NCBI GenBank assembly: GCA_046541715.1
Contig: JBKHCS010000006.1
Location: 1-53,123, forward strand
Reading direction: 5' to 3'
DNA: 53,123 nucleotides
From: Spirochaetaceae bacterium
GTDB taxonomy: Bacteria > Spirochaetota > Spirochaetia > DSM-27196 > PWMO01
This document shows, piece by piece, positions 28,690 through 37,902 of this stretch. The notes beneath the pieces are model-generated. The model had not been told where the DNA came from, ran no database searches, and saw only the letters and a list, made by a program, of their open reading frames with translations. A program made the translations under genes and the position numbers. The first letter of the stretch is position 1. Every line of letters starts with the position of its first letter.

Positions 28690-30750
28690 CTATTGTCGCT
28701 GAAGTTGCCCCACCCGCTCCAGTGGTTCCGGTCGCGAAATTGCGAAACCCTGGGCGTAGTCGACGTCCATGTCGATAAGCATCCGGCGAATAGTGTCGTT
28801 TCCGACAAACTCGGCGATGGTCTGCATGCCGATTGCGTGGCCGATGCTGTTTACCGCCTGAACCATCGCGTAGTCGATCTTGTCCTGGTCTATATCCCGG
28901 ACGAAGGAGCCGTCGATCTTGAGAAAGTCGACCGGAAGCCGCTTGAGATAGGCGAAGGAGGAGAAGCCGTTCCCGAAGTCGTCGAGAGCAAAGGTAACAC
29001 CGAGCTTTTTCAGCCGGTTCATAAACGCTACGGCCCGGGTTAGGTTTTCGATGGCGGTGGTTTCGGTTACTTCGAGGCAAAAGCAGGCCGGGTCTGCCTG
29101 GGTTTCCTCGAAGAGCTCGACGATATAGTCAAGAAATGAGTCGTCGGCGAGGGATGCTCCCGATAAGTTCACACAGTAGACCCGGGACTCGAGATCCGAT
29201 TCGGCCCGTTGCCGAACATGGTGCATCACGTTCTTGATGACCCAACGGTCGATGTAGGGCATCAGGTTGTAGCGCTCCGCCGCGGGGATAAACTGTCCCG
29301 GGTCGATCATCTCGCCATCTACTTCGATCAGCCGCAGGAGAATCTCGGCCTTCGGGACGAGCTCCGGTCGAAGGGGCTCGATGTGTTGAGAGTAGAGAAC
29401 AAAGCGGTCCTCCTCGAGGGCCTTCGTCAATCGGGAAATCCACTGCATCTCCCCCCGGCGTTTCAGAAAGGTGTAGTCCGCCGTCTCGTAGACCTTTACC
29501 GAGTTTCCGCCTTCCTCCTTGGCGAGAAAGCAGGCGTCGTCCGCCGCGGAGAGGACGGTGTATAGGTCGATATCCTGGCCGCCGATTGGTACCAGGCCGA
29601 TGCTTGCCGTGATGTTAAAGGAGTTCTTCTGCCAGATGAACTTCCGGCGCAGCTTTCCCAAGAGCTCTTGGGAGGTCCGGATGTTGCTCTTCCACTCCGC
29701 GTCGAGGAAGACTAACCCGAACTCGTCTCCACCGAGGCGCCCGAGAATGTAGTTTCCGGTTACCGTCTCGTCGATGGTCTGGGCTACCTGCCGCAAGAGC
29801 TCGTCCCCGGCGCCGTGGCCACAGACTTCGTTCACCACCTTGAACTGGTCGAGATCGACGTACGCAAAAGCGTGGTGGTGGCCGTTGCTCCGAGAATTGT
29901 CGATTAAGTCCCCTATCCGGGCAAAGAGCTCCTGACGGTTAATAAGCCCGGTAAGGGCGTCGTGGCTTGCCTGGTAGACAATCTTGTCCGACATCGATTT
30001 GATGTCCGAAACGTCCCGAAAGGCGATGGCGATTCCTTCCACGTCGCCGGTTTCGCCGTGGATTGCCGAGATCACACCCTCGACGTGTATCTCCGCCCCC
30101 TGCTTGTTCTTTAAGTAGACGTGATCGAAGTATCGGGGAGTCTCCGCTTCGAAGCCGGCAGGTAGGGAAACCTTGAGCTCGGTGTTGTCGTCGTAGAGCT
30201 GGAAGACTTGGCTCAAGGGCAAGCCTTGGGCGGTTTCGCTTCTGAAACCGGTCAAGGTCTCGGCTACGGGGTTTAGCAGCTGTACCTGGAAGTCTTGGTC
30301 CGTCGCGACGAGCCCGTCGGCGACGCTGTGGAGAACCGAAGAGAACCAGCGTTTCTGCCGTAGCAACTCCGCGTGAAGGCGGCTCTTGTAGAGCGCCATG
30401 TCGATGGTGGTGTAGAGCTCCCGCTCCTTGAAGGGCTTCAGGACGTAGCCGAAGGGCTCCGCGTCCTTCGCCCGCTCGATCGTCGTGTCGTCGGCGTAGG
30501 CGGTAAGAAAGACCACCGGGATCGAGAGGGTCTGCTTTATCCGGGTGGCAGCTTCGATCCCGTCGACGGGCCCGGCGAGCATGATGTCCATCAGGATCAA
30601 ATTCGGCCGGTATTCTCCGGCGAGCTCGACGGACTCGTCTGCCGTTGCCGCTATTCCGACAACATTGAAACCGAACTTCTCCAACCGGCGTTGGAGGTCC
30701 AGTGCTATAATGCGCTCATCTTCAACTATGAGAATCCGTTGACTATCCAT
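28690..30750 (-). CDS. REC-PAS-GGDEF-EAL c-di-GMP metabolising response regulator
   Basis: ILIVED...LMDI...KPF; PAS; HDALTGL, RLGGDEF; EILLR, DDFGNG, KIDGSF. Confidence 0.93.
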   Translation of the reverse strand: MDSQRILIVEDERIIALDLQRRLEKFGFNVVGIAATADESVELAGEYRPNLILMDIMLAGPVDGIEAATRIKQTLSIPVVFLTAYADDTTIERAKDAEPFGYVLKPFKERELYTTIDMALYKSRLHAELLRQKRWFSSVLHSVADGLVATDQDFQVQLLNPVAETLTGFRSETAQGLPLSQVFQLYDDNTELKVSLPAGFEAETPRYFDHVYLKNKQGAEIHVEGVISAIHGETGDVEGIAIAFRDVSDIKSMSDKIVYQASHDALTGLINRQELFARIGDLIDNSRSNGHHHAFAYVDLDQFKVVNEVCGHGAGDELLRQVAQTIDETVTGNYILGRLGGDEFGLVFLDAEWKSNIRTSQELLGKLRRKFIWQKNSFNITASIGLVPIGGQDIDLYTVLSAADDACFLAKEEGGNSVKVYETADYTFLKRRGEMQWISRLTKALEEDRFVLYSQHIEPLRPELVPKAEILLRLIEVDGEMIDPGQFIPAAERYNLMPYIDRWVIKNVMHHVRQRAESDLESRVYCVNLSGASLADDSFLDYIVELFEETQADPACFCLEVTETTAIENLTRAVAFMNRLKKLGVTFALDDFGNGFSSFAYLKRLPVDFLKIDGSFVRDIDQDKIDYAMVQAVNSIGHAIGMQTIAEFVGNDTIRRMLIDMDVDYAQGFAISRPEPLERVGQLQRQ

Positions 30751-30813
30751 ATAACGTCCAGTAGGTCCAGGATAGCCCGGATATCGAAGAAGATCAAGCG
30801 AAAGGTAGAGTTT

Positions 30814-31278
30814 TTAAAGGTCTAGAACTTTTTTTATTTGCTCCGGATCCATCCGGAAGGAGGACCCTCTTCCCTCGAGAAAGTGGTGCTTCTCCGCAAG
30901 GTGGATCGACAGCTCGGAAAAGATCAGGGTCTCCCCGGTTCCCTTGCCCTCAGGGGCCAGCTCGACCTGTGCGTTTACCTTCCGGAATATGCCGTCCTCG
31001 AAGGGAGAAGCCAGAAAGCCCCGGGCCTCGCTGACCCGGACAATCCATTTGTTGTCGACGGTAACCGGCTCTTCGAGACCCCTTCGGCCCTCGGCCATCA
31101 GGTAGCGCATCCGCTCGACGGCGTCTTCGAAGGAGACGCCGATAGCGGCCATCTTGTTTTCGTCGGCGGCGATGATATCCACCAGAGGGCGCTCGTCGTT
31201 TCCCAAGAACCCGTCGGAGGTTATCTCTCCGGGCTGCATATTCGCCTGTGCTTTGGTGTATTCCGGGGACATCTTCAT
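30814..31278 (-). CDS. Hypothetical soluble protein, last gene of the nqr-like operon
   Basis: 154 aa, GAGG RBS, 9 nt after the nqrF stop. Confidence 0.8.
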   Translation of the reverse strand: MKMSPEYTKAQANMQPGEITSDGFLGNDERPLVDIIAADENKMAAIGVSFEDAVERMRYLMAEGRRGLEEPVTVDNKWIVRVSEARGFLASPFEDGIFRKVNAQVELAPEGKGTGETLIFSELSIHLAEKHHFLEGRGSSFRMDPEQIKKVLDL

Positions 31279-31287
31279 CGCATTACC

Positions 31288-32412
31288 TCACGCAAACTTA
31301 TCAAAATAGATCTTCTCGTCTTCCATCTTATTCCGGCGCATAACGTCCATACAGGCGTCCAACATACCGGGGCTTCCGCAGAGGTAGCCTTCCTTCTCTT
31401 TTTCGGCGGAAATCTCGGTCTGGAGGTACTTCTCCAAGACCTCGGTAATCAGGCCGGTTGCGCCCTTCCAGGTGGTGCCGGGTTCCGGTTCCGAAAGTGC
31501 CGGGACAAAGTGGAAGCGCTCGTATTTCTCATCCAGCTCCCAGAGCCAATCGAGGTAGAACATGTCCCGCTCGGTTCGGGCTCCGAAGAAGTACCAGATA
31601 TCCCGCTCTCCCATTTTATCACGCTCGATAAAGTCGTTAAAAATGCTTTTGAAAGGCGCCATTCCCGACCCCCCGGCGACGCAGATCATGGTTGCGTCGG
31701 TCTCCCGGACGTAGAACTCGCCGAAGGGGGCGACTATTTTGACCCGTTCTCCCTCTTTGAGGTGCTCGTGGACGTAGGTCGTCACGATTCCCCCGGGAAC
31801 CAGCCGGACGAGGAACTCAAGGTGGTTCTCGTCTGCCGGCTTCGAAGACATCGAGTAGGCCCGGCTGGTGCGCTCTTTTACCTTTGCGTAGGGGGGTACT
31901 TCGATCTGTCCGTACTGTCCCGCCGTAAAGGAGACGGACTGACCCTCGTCGAGGGCAATGTAGACCTCTTTTATGTCGTGGGTCACGTCGGTTAGCCGCT
32001 CGACGGTTCCGGAGTACTGCCGGATGCTAAAGAGGTAGTCGGGGATCTGGATCTCGACGTCGGTCTTAATCTTAACCTGACACGAAAGACGGACGTTCTC
32101 CTCGATCTGCTCCTTGCTCAGGTAGGGCAACTCCGTCGGCAGATGGGGCCCGACGTCGGAGGTAACCTTTACCTTGCACTCTCCACAGCTTCCCCGGCCG
32201 CCGCAGGCGGAGGGAATAAAGATTCCGCTTTCCGCGAGGGTGACGAGCATGTTCGCGCCCCCCTTTACGTCGAGCTCCTTCTTCTTGTTGTTGATGTTTA
32301 TGACTACGTCGCCGTAGTTATTGACAACCCGGTCGGTCACCGAAATAAGGAGCGCCAGGGCCGCGCTTATTCCGGATATCGCCAGGGGTGCTACAAAGTA
32401 CGCCAAATTCAC
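31288..32412 (-). CDS. nqrF: NqrF-like 2Fe-2S/FAD/NAD reductase subunit
   Basis: N-terminal TM, CGGRGSCGEC...RLSC, RAYS, AGGSGMAPF, YLCGSPGM, FDKF. Confidence 0.85.
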   Translation of the reverse strand: MNLAYFVAPLAISGISAALALLISVTDRVVNNYGDVVININNKKKELDVKGGANMLVTLAESGIFIPSACGGRGSCGECKVKVTSDVGPHLPTELPYLSKEQIEENVRLSCQVKIKTDVEIQIPDYLFSIRQYSGTVERLTDVTHDIKEVYIALDEGQSVSFTAGQYGQIEVPPYAKVKERTSRAYSMSSKPADENHLEFLVRLVPGGIVTTYVHEHLKEGERVKIVAPFGEFYVRETDATMICVAGGSGMAPFKSIFNDFIERDKMGERDIWYFFGARTERDMFYLDWLWELDEKYERFHFVPALSEPEPGTTWKGATGLITEVLEKYLQTEISAEKEKEGYLCGSPGMLDACMDVMRRNKMEDEKIYFDKFA

Positions 32413-32424
32413 GCTTCTGCTCCT

Positions 32425-33018
32425 CTACTGCACCTGCAACATGCCGGAGAAGCCCATAAAGGCCATCGCCATGAAGCCGATGGTAATCATTGTGATACCC
32501 GCTCCCTGGAGCCCTGCGGGAATCGGTGCCTTTTCGGTCTTCTTCCGAATCGCCGAAAGCAACATGATCGCGAGCCACCATCCGAGTCCCGAGCCGAATC
32601 CGAAAATGACCGCCTGCCAGAAGGTATAGCTCCGAATCTCCATAAAGAGGGAGACACCGAGGATGGCGCAGTTAACGGTAATCAAAGGGAGGAAGATTCC
32701 CAGCGAGAGGTAGAGGGGCTGGGATACCCGGTCGATGATCATTTCGAGCATCTGAACGACCGCCGCGATAACGATAATGAAGACGATATACCGGAGGTAG
32801 ACCAGACCGTAGGGAATCAGGACGAACTCCAGGACCGCCCAGTTGACCGCCGTCGTAATGGTAAGCACCACGACAACCGCCAGGCCGAGGCCGTTTGAGG
32901 ACTTCATGTCCTTGGAGATAGAGATAAAGGAACACATCCCCAAAAAGTTCGCCAGCAGAATGTTGCTGGTAAAAATCGAGGCGAAGAAGAGGGAGAAGGG
33001 GTTCAGTACCGAGTTCAT
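32425..33018 (-). CDS. nqrE: NqrE/RnfA-type membrane subunit
   Basis: NFLGMC, GIFLPLITVNCAILG, AFMGFSG. True start MNSVL at 33018. Confidence 0.85.
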   Translation of the reverse strand: MNSVLNPFSLFFASIFTSNILLANFLGMCSFISISKDMKSSNGLGLAVVVVLTITTAVNWAVLEFVLIPYGLVYLRYIVFIIVIAAVVQMLEMIIDRVSQPLYLSLGIFLPLITVNCAILGVSLFMEIRSYTFWQAVIFGFGSGLGWWLAIMLLSAIRKKTEKAPIPAGLQGAGITMITIGFMAMAFMGFSGMLQVQ

Positions 33019-33641
33019 GCTGCCAGCTCTCCTTGTTTCTGAAGAATGTTCTTGCCGATCCAGATGATGATACCTAAGAGGAAGAAGGCGCTCGGGGGCA
33101 TGACCATGATAATCCAGGGGACGAAGCTCTCGGGGAGGACCTGGTAACCAAAGAGGGAGCCGAATCCGAGGAGCTCGCGAACGAAGGCGATAACCATCAG
33201 GACTCCCATGTAGCCCATTCCGGAAGTCGCTCCGTCGAAGAAGGAGATAACCGGTCCGTTGCTCTGGGCAAATGCCTCGGCTCGTCCCATGATAATGCAG
33301 TTGGTTATGATCAGCCCGACGTAGGGGCCCAAGTTCCGGCTTATCTCCGGGAGATACGCCTTCAGCACCAGGTCCACGATGATGACGTAGAAGGCGATGA
33401 TCAGGGTCTGGACGATCATCCGGACCTTTCGGGGGATGAGCGATTTGAATATCGACACCGTAAGGCTCGAGAAGGCCGTTACGAAGGTAACGCCGATCGT
33501 CATGATCAAGGTATTGGTAAGCAGGTTGGTAACCGCCAGGGCGGAACAGATGCCGAGTACCTGCATAAAGATCGGGTTGTTGGTCCAGAGATTTCCTTTC
33601 AGGATTTCCCCGGTGCTTTTTGCCGTCGCCGTGTCCGCCAT
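33015..33641 (-). CDS. nqrD: NqrD/RnfE-type membrane subunit
   Basis: QVLGICSALAVT, YVGLIITNCIIMGRAE, RELLG, PPSAFF. Confidence 0.88.
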   Translation of the reverse strand: MADTATAKSTGEILKGNLWTNNPIFMQVLGICSALAVTNLLTNTLIMTIGVTFVTAFSSLTVSIFKSLIPRKVRMIVQTLIIAFYVIIVDLVLKAYLPEISRNLGPYVGLIITNCIIMGRAEAFAQSNGPVISFFDGATSGMGYMGVLMVIAFVRELLGFGSLFGYQVLPESFVPWIIMVMPPSAFFLLGIIIWIGKNILQKQGELAA

Positions 33642-34240
33642 TATGCACCTCCTAGGGCGTTTCGGAGCGCCTCGAGCTCTTCGTTTAGAATTCGCTCCAT
33701 CGATTCGCTGGTCCGGGTTGCGCCGGTTACACCGTCGATCTCGCCGTTCGAGTAGTCGGTGTCGCCGTCTCCCTCGGTAACCGCGATCCCACCGTCTCGA
33801 AGCTCTTCCCCGGCCAACTGCTCTTTGAACCAGGGCTCGTCGATACGCCCCCCGAGACCCGGGGTCTCGTTGTGGCTGATAATCTCCAGTCCAACGGTTT
33901 GACTGACATCCTCATCGACTCCGAGGACGCCGTTGATGCTGCCCCAGAGACCGGAGCCGACGAACTCCTTCGCGTAGACGCGGCGGCCGTCTACGGTAGT
34001 GGTAAAGAGCGAGATACCGTCTCGGTCGACTTCCTCGACGTCTTGGAACTTCGACTCGGCGTCTTGGTCGCTTTCGAAGGGTACGCTCATGGCGGAGAGG
34101 ATAGCCTTCTGTCGAGCCACCGTCTCGTTAAACTCCACCATAGGACGGGTTGCTTCGTTCGTCAGGGCCAAGAGAAAGACAAATGCGAAACAGACGATAA
34201 AGGTAAAGATGATGGTGTACCCCATACTCTGCTTGTTCAC
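33641..34240 (-). CDS. nqrC: NqrC/RnfG-type FMN-binding subunit
   Basis: N-terminal TM, GLWG, ETPGLG, flavinylation motif DGVTGATRTS. GTG start 34240 overlaps the upstream stop. Confidence 0.85.
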   Translation of the reverse strand: MNKQSMGYTIIFTFIVCFAFVFLLALTNEATRPMVEFNETVARQKAILSAMSVPFESDQDAESKFQDVEEVDRDGISLFTTTVDGRRVYAKEFVGSGLWGSINGVLGVDEDVSQTVGLEIISHNETPGLGGRIDEPWFKEQLAGEELRDGGIAVTEGDGDTDYSNGEIDGVTGATRTSESMERILNEELEALRNALGGA

Positions 34241-35187
34241 GCAGTGACCTCCTTCGGAGCCGTTTCCGGAGCGGCCTTCTTTTTCTTCTTCGGTTTCGGC
34301 ATAAGCTCGTCGATCAGCGAGGCAAAGACGTTGCCCATCAATACGCCGAAGCTCGTGCCCTCGGGAAAGCCCGAGAACGTTCGGACCAGCATCGAGACGG
34401 TGCCGATGATCGCCCCATAAATCCACTGTGAGCCGGGCTTGTTTGGTGCCGAAACCGGATCGGTGGACATAAAAACCGCGACATAGAGGATACTCCCGGA
34501 CATCATCGCTAAGTGCGGCGCGATATCCGTCGCGAGTCCCGTGTAGTATAAGATGGTGATCAGAATGCCCGAGGAAAGCACCGTCGATACCGTCAGTCGC
34601 CACTGGGCGGTCTTGGTCGCGATCAAATAGATCGACGCGAGGACAATCAGAATCGTAGAGCTCTCGCCGATGGAACCCGCCCGAATACCGAGGAGTAGAT
34701 TCTGCCACGTCGGGTCGGCCACGTCGGCGCTCCGAAACGCGGCCAGCGGTGTCGCGGCGGTCAGGGTGTCGACCCCGACCTGCCCGGCTGTTCCAAAGGC
34801 TCCGGGAACCATCCAGGAGACCGCCAAGACCGTCGGAAAGGTTATGTAGATAAACAGACGTCCCGTAATCGCCGGGTTGAAGACGTTCCGTCCGAACCCG
34901 CCGTAGACCTCCTTGCCCACAAATACCGCAAAGAGAATGCCCACACCGGCGATCCACAACGGGGTCGCAGGGGGCAGCGACAAGGCGTAGAGCGCGGAGG
35001 TAACCAGCACCGCCTCGCTCACCTTCTTGTTTCGCCGCTTCTCCATAACGTATTCGGCGAGAATGCCGAGGGCGAAGACGGTAGCAGTCAGCGTGACAAC
35101 GCGCCATCCATACAAGTAGATGGAAAACAGAAAGATTGGGACGAGGGAGTACAGGACCCGCCTCATTATTAGCTGCTTTTGAAACAC
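34237..35187 (-). CDS. nqrB: NqrB/RnfD-type membrane subunit (short form)
   Basis: KEVYGGFGRNVFNPA, TAATP FMN site, GSIGE, FMSTDPVSAP, FPEG; 316 aa. Confidence 0.82.
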   Translation of the reverse strand: MFQKQLIMRRVLYSLVPIFLFSIYLYGWRVVTLTATVFALGILAEYVMEKRRNKKVSEAVLVTSALYALSLPPATPLWIAGVGILFAVFVGKEVYGGFGRNVFNPAITGRLFIYITFPTVLAVSWMVPGAFGTAGQVGVDTLTAATPLAAFRSADVADPTWQNLLLGIRAGSIGESSTILIVLASIYLIATKTAQWRLTVSTVLSSGILITILYYTGLATDIAPHLAMMSGSILYVAVFMSTDPVSAPNKPGSQWIYGAIIGTVSMLVRTFSGFPEGTSFGVLMGNVFASLIDELMPKPKKKKKAAPETAPKEVTA

Positions 35188-35248
35188 ATCGCCTCCTCGA
35201 CCACGAGATTATGTAAAAAAGAATAGATATGGAACTATCATATTCCAG

Positions 35249-35277
35249 ATTATAATACTAAGGTATCGTACGTTCAA
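35249..35277 (-). promoter_or_regulatory. sigma70 promoter of the nqr-like operon
   Basis: TTGAAC-17-TATAAT. Confidence 0.75.
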
Positions 35278-35346
35278 GCGATTGGTATCGCTAACTTCGG
35301 CTGGGTATAGTGTTGTACAATTGCGGGTTGTGGTAAACCGTTTGAC

Positions 35347-35374
35347 TTGAAAATTTAGACCGCTTCAGTACATT
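35347..35374 (+). promoter_or_regulatory. sigma70 promoter of the pdh operon
   Basis: TTGAAA-16-TACATT. Confidence 0.55.
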
Positions 35375-35388
35375 TAGGGTGCCCTAAA
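35373..35388. promoter_or_regulatory. Palindromic operator over the pdh transcription start (DtxR/MntR-like TTAGG-N4-CCTAA)
   Basis: TTTAGGG-TG-CCCTAAA, perfect 7-2-7. Confidence 0.6.
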
Positions 35389-35441
35389 CTAACGACAACC
35401 TTCCGAACCTATTGCTCATCGCAATGTAAAGGAGACGTACC

Positions 35442-35885
35442 GTGGATCAAGCCGGAGCAATTGTCGCACTCGAGCGATTAGTAGAGACAACCAACCTTGC
35501 AGTCTTGGCCAACATCGACCAGGAGGGACGGCCGCGGATGCGGTGGATGACCCCCGCCCTCATCCGGGGGCAGCAAGGTTCTCTCTACGCGCTGACGTCT
35601 CCCCACTTTGACAAATCCGCCCAACTCGAGAAGAACGACAAGGTGGAATGGATGCTCCAGACCAAGTCCCTCGACGAAATAATGCGCGTCCGGGGCCGAG
35701 TTGTCCTTGTGGACAATCCGACCCTCAAAGCAGACGTGATCGAGGCCCTCGGGGGACGCCTTACCGTCTTCTGGCGGGTTAATCCCGAGGCCTCGGAGCT
35801 GATCGTCCTCGAAACCGTTATCGACACCATCGTCTACTACCGGCCTACGGCAAAAGAAAAGCACGAAGTCTCCTTCGAAAAGTAA
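35442..35885 (+). CDS. Pyridoxamine 5'-phosphate oxidase-like FMN-binding split-barrel protein
   Basis: VLANIDQEGRPRMRWM, KSAQLEKNDKV; AAGGAG RBS. Confidence 0.75.
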   Translation: MDQAGAIVALERLVETTNLAVLANIDQEGRPRMRWMTPALIRGQQGSLYALTSPHFDKSAQLEKNDKVEWMLQTKSLDEIMRVRGRVVLVDNPTLKADVIEALGGRLTVFWRVNPEASELIVLETVIDTIVYYRPTAKEKHEVSFEK

Positions 35886-35894
35886 GAGGGTTTT

Positions 35895-36899
35895 ATGGCT
35901 AAAACGAAGATACAAGAGAAAAAGCGAAAGGATCTCAAGGAATACGACGAAGGATTCCTCGTGGACCTCCTCGACGAGATGCTCCTTATCCGACGGTTCG
36001 AGGAGAAGGCCGCCCAGATGTATGGCCTCCGGAAAATCGGCGGGTTCTGTCATCTTTACAACGGGCAGGAAGCCGTTGCCGTCGGTTCGGTTCATGCAAT
36101 CGACCTAAAGAAGGATTACATCCTTACCTCCTACCGGGATCATGGCCACGCCATCGCCTGCGGGATGGAGCCGAATGTGGTAATGGCGGAGCTTTTCGGT
36201 AAGATAACCGGCTGCTCCCGGGGAAAGGGCGGATCGATGCACATGTTCGACGTCGAGAAGCACATGCTCGGGGGAAACGGTATCGTCGGCGCCCAGATTC
36301 CCGTCGCCGCCGGGGTGGCCTTTGCGCAGAAGTACAAAGGGGGTGACGGCGTCACCCTCTGTTTCTTTGGGGACGGCGCGATCCACCAGGGTGCCTTCTA
36401 CGAATCGATGAACCTCGCCGCCGTCTGGAAGCTTCCGGTAATCTACATGGTGGAGAACAACCACTTCGGCATGGGGACCGCCGTTAAGCGGGTGTCAGCC
36501 GTTGAGGATTTCGCGGTAAAGGCCGAGGGTTTCGGTCTCCCGGGGATGACCGTAAACGGCATGGATGTTCTTTCGGTCTACGAGGCGGTGCAGGAAGCGA
36601 GCGAACGAGCACGGGCCGAGGGAATTGCGACGCTGATGGACGTGAAGACCTACCGGTACAAGGGGCACTCGATGAGCGACCCGGCGAAATATCGGACCAA
36701 AGACGAGTTGGAAGCGTACAAGAGTCAGGATCCGATCATCCTGCTCAAGAGCGATCTCGTGGAAGCGGGAATAATCGATGAGGCGAAGTTCAAAGAGCTC
36801 GACGACGCCGCCAAGAAGGCCGCCCAGGATTCCGTGGACTTTGCCGAGGCGAGCGACGAGCCGCCCGTCGAGAGCATGTACGAAGATATTTACGCTTAA
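35895..36899 (+). CDS. pdhA: Pyruvate dehydrogenase E1 alpha
   Basis: GGFCHLYNGQEA, GKGGSMH, GDGA...NN TPP motif, YRYKGHSMSDP. Confidence 0.96.
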   Translation: MAKTKIQEKKRKDLKEYDEGFLVDLLDEMLLIRRFEEKAAQMYGLRKIGGFCHLYNGQEAVAVGSVHAIDLKKDYILTSYRDHGHAIACGMEPNVVMAELFGKITGCSRGKGGSMHMFDVEKHMLGGNGIVGAQIPVAAGVAFAQKYKGGDGVTLCFFGDGAIHQGAFYESMNLAAVWKLPVIYMVENNHFGMGTAVKRVSAVEDFAVKAEGFGLPGMTVNGMDVLSVYEAVQEASERARAEGIATLMDVKTYRYKGHSMSDPAKYRTKDELEAYKSQDPIILLKSDLVEAGIIDEAKFKELDDAAKKAAQDSVDFAEASDEPPVESMYEDIYA

Positions 36900-36905
36900 G
36901 AGAGG

Positions 36906-37895
36906 ATGCCAAGGATGCCGGAAATAGCAATTCGAGATGCCCTAAACCAGGCCCTCGATGAGGAAATGACTCGTGACGAGTCGGTCTTTATCATGGGGGA
37001 GGAAGTGGCGGAGTACAACGGTGCCTACAAGGTAACCCGGGGTCTCCTAGACAAGTTCGGCCCGAAACGGGTCCTCGACACCCCCATCACTGAGCTCGGA
37101 TTCACAGGGCTCGGCGTCGGCGCCGCCCTTGCGGGGCTTCGGCCGGTGGTCGAATGGATGACCCTCAATTTCTCCCTCCTGGCGCTGGATCAGGTCATCA
37201 ACAACGCGGCCAAGATGCGTCACATGTCCGGAGGCCAGCTCAAGGTTCCGATGGTGTTTCGAGGACCCAACGGACCCGCCGAGTACCTTTCATCCCAGCA
37301 CTCCCAGGCCTTCCAGAGTCTGTTCGCCCATATTCCCGGCATTAAGGTTGTCGCCGTGGCGACTCCCTACGACGCCAAGGGCCTTCTGAAGAGCGCAATC
37401 CGAGACGACAACCCGGTGGTCTTCTTGGAATCTGAAATGAGCTACGCCTGGACGGGAGAAGTACCCGAGGAAGAGTACCTGGTGCCCATCGGCAAGGCGG
37501 ACATAAAGCGCCCGGGCAGCGAGGTTACCCTGATTACCTACTCCAAGCCCCTCAGGATGGTGATGGAGGCCGCCGGGGAGCTCGAGAAGATGGGCGTCGA
37601 CGCCGAGGTGATCGACCTGAGGAGCCTCCGGCCGTTGGACGAGGCGACCATCTACGAGTCGGTGCGAAAGACCAACCGAGCCGTCGTCGTCGACGAGTCC
37701 TGGCCCGTTGCCAGCGTCGGCTCCTGGGTTGCCTGGCTCATTTCCAAGAACTGTTTCGACGTGCTCGACGCCCAGGTCGAGTTAGTCAGCTCCGAGGACG
37801 TGCCCCAGCCCTACAACCACACCCTGGAGCTCGCGGTACAGCCGACGGTGGAGAAGATTATCGACGCGGTAAAGCGCGTCACCTATATGAAGTGA
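36906..37895 (+). CDS. pdhB: Pyruvate dehydrogenase E1 beta
   Basis: GEEVAEYNGAYKVT, DTPITE, SQHSQ, IDLRSLRPLD. Confidence 0.96.
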   Translation: MPRMPEIAIRDALNQALDEEMTRDESVFIMGEEVAEYNGAYKVTRGLLDKFGPKRVLDTPITELGFTGLGVGAALAGLRPVVEWMTLNFSLLALDQVINNAAKMRHMSGGQLKVPMVFRGPNGPAEYLSSQHSQAFQSLFAHIPGIKVVAVATPYDAKGLLKSAIRDDNPVVFLESEMSYAWTGEVPEEEYLVPIGKADIKRPGSEVTLITYSKPLRMVMEAAGELEKMGVDAEVIDLRSLRPLDEATIYESVRKTNRAVVVDESWPVASVGSWVAWLISKNCFDVLDAQVELVSSEDVPQPYNHTLELAVQPTVEKIIDAVKRVTYMK

Positions 37896-37902
37896 GGAAC
37901 CC

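Noticed and set aside
35188-35441. Rex operator in the nqr/pdh intergenic region
   Set aside because: No TTGTGAA-N4-TTCACAA-like match found.
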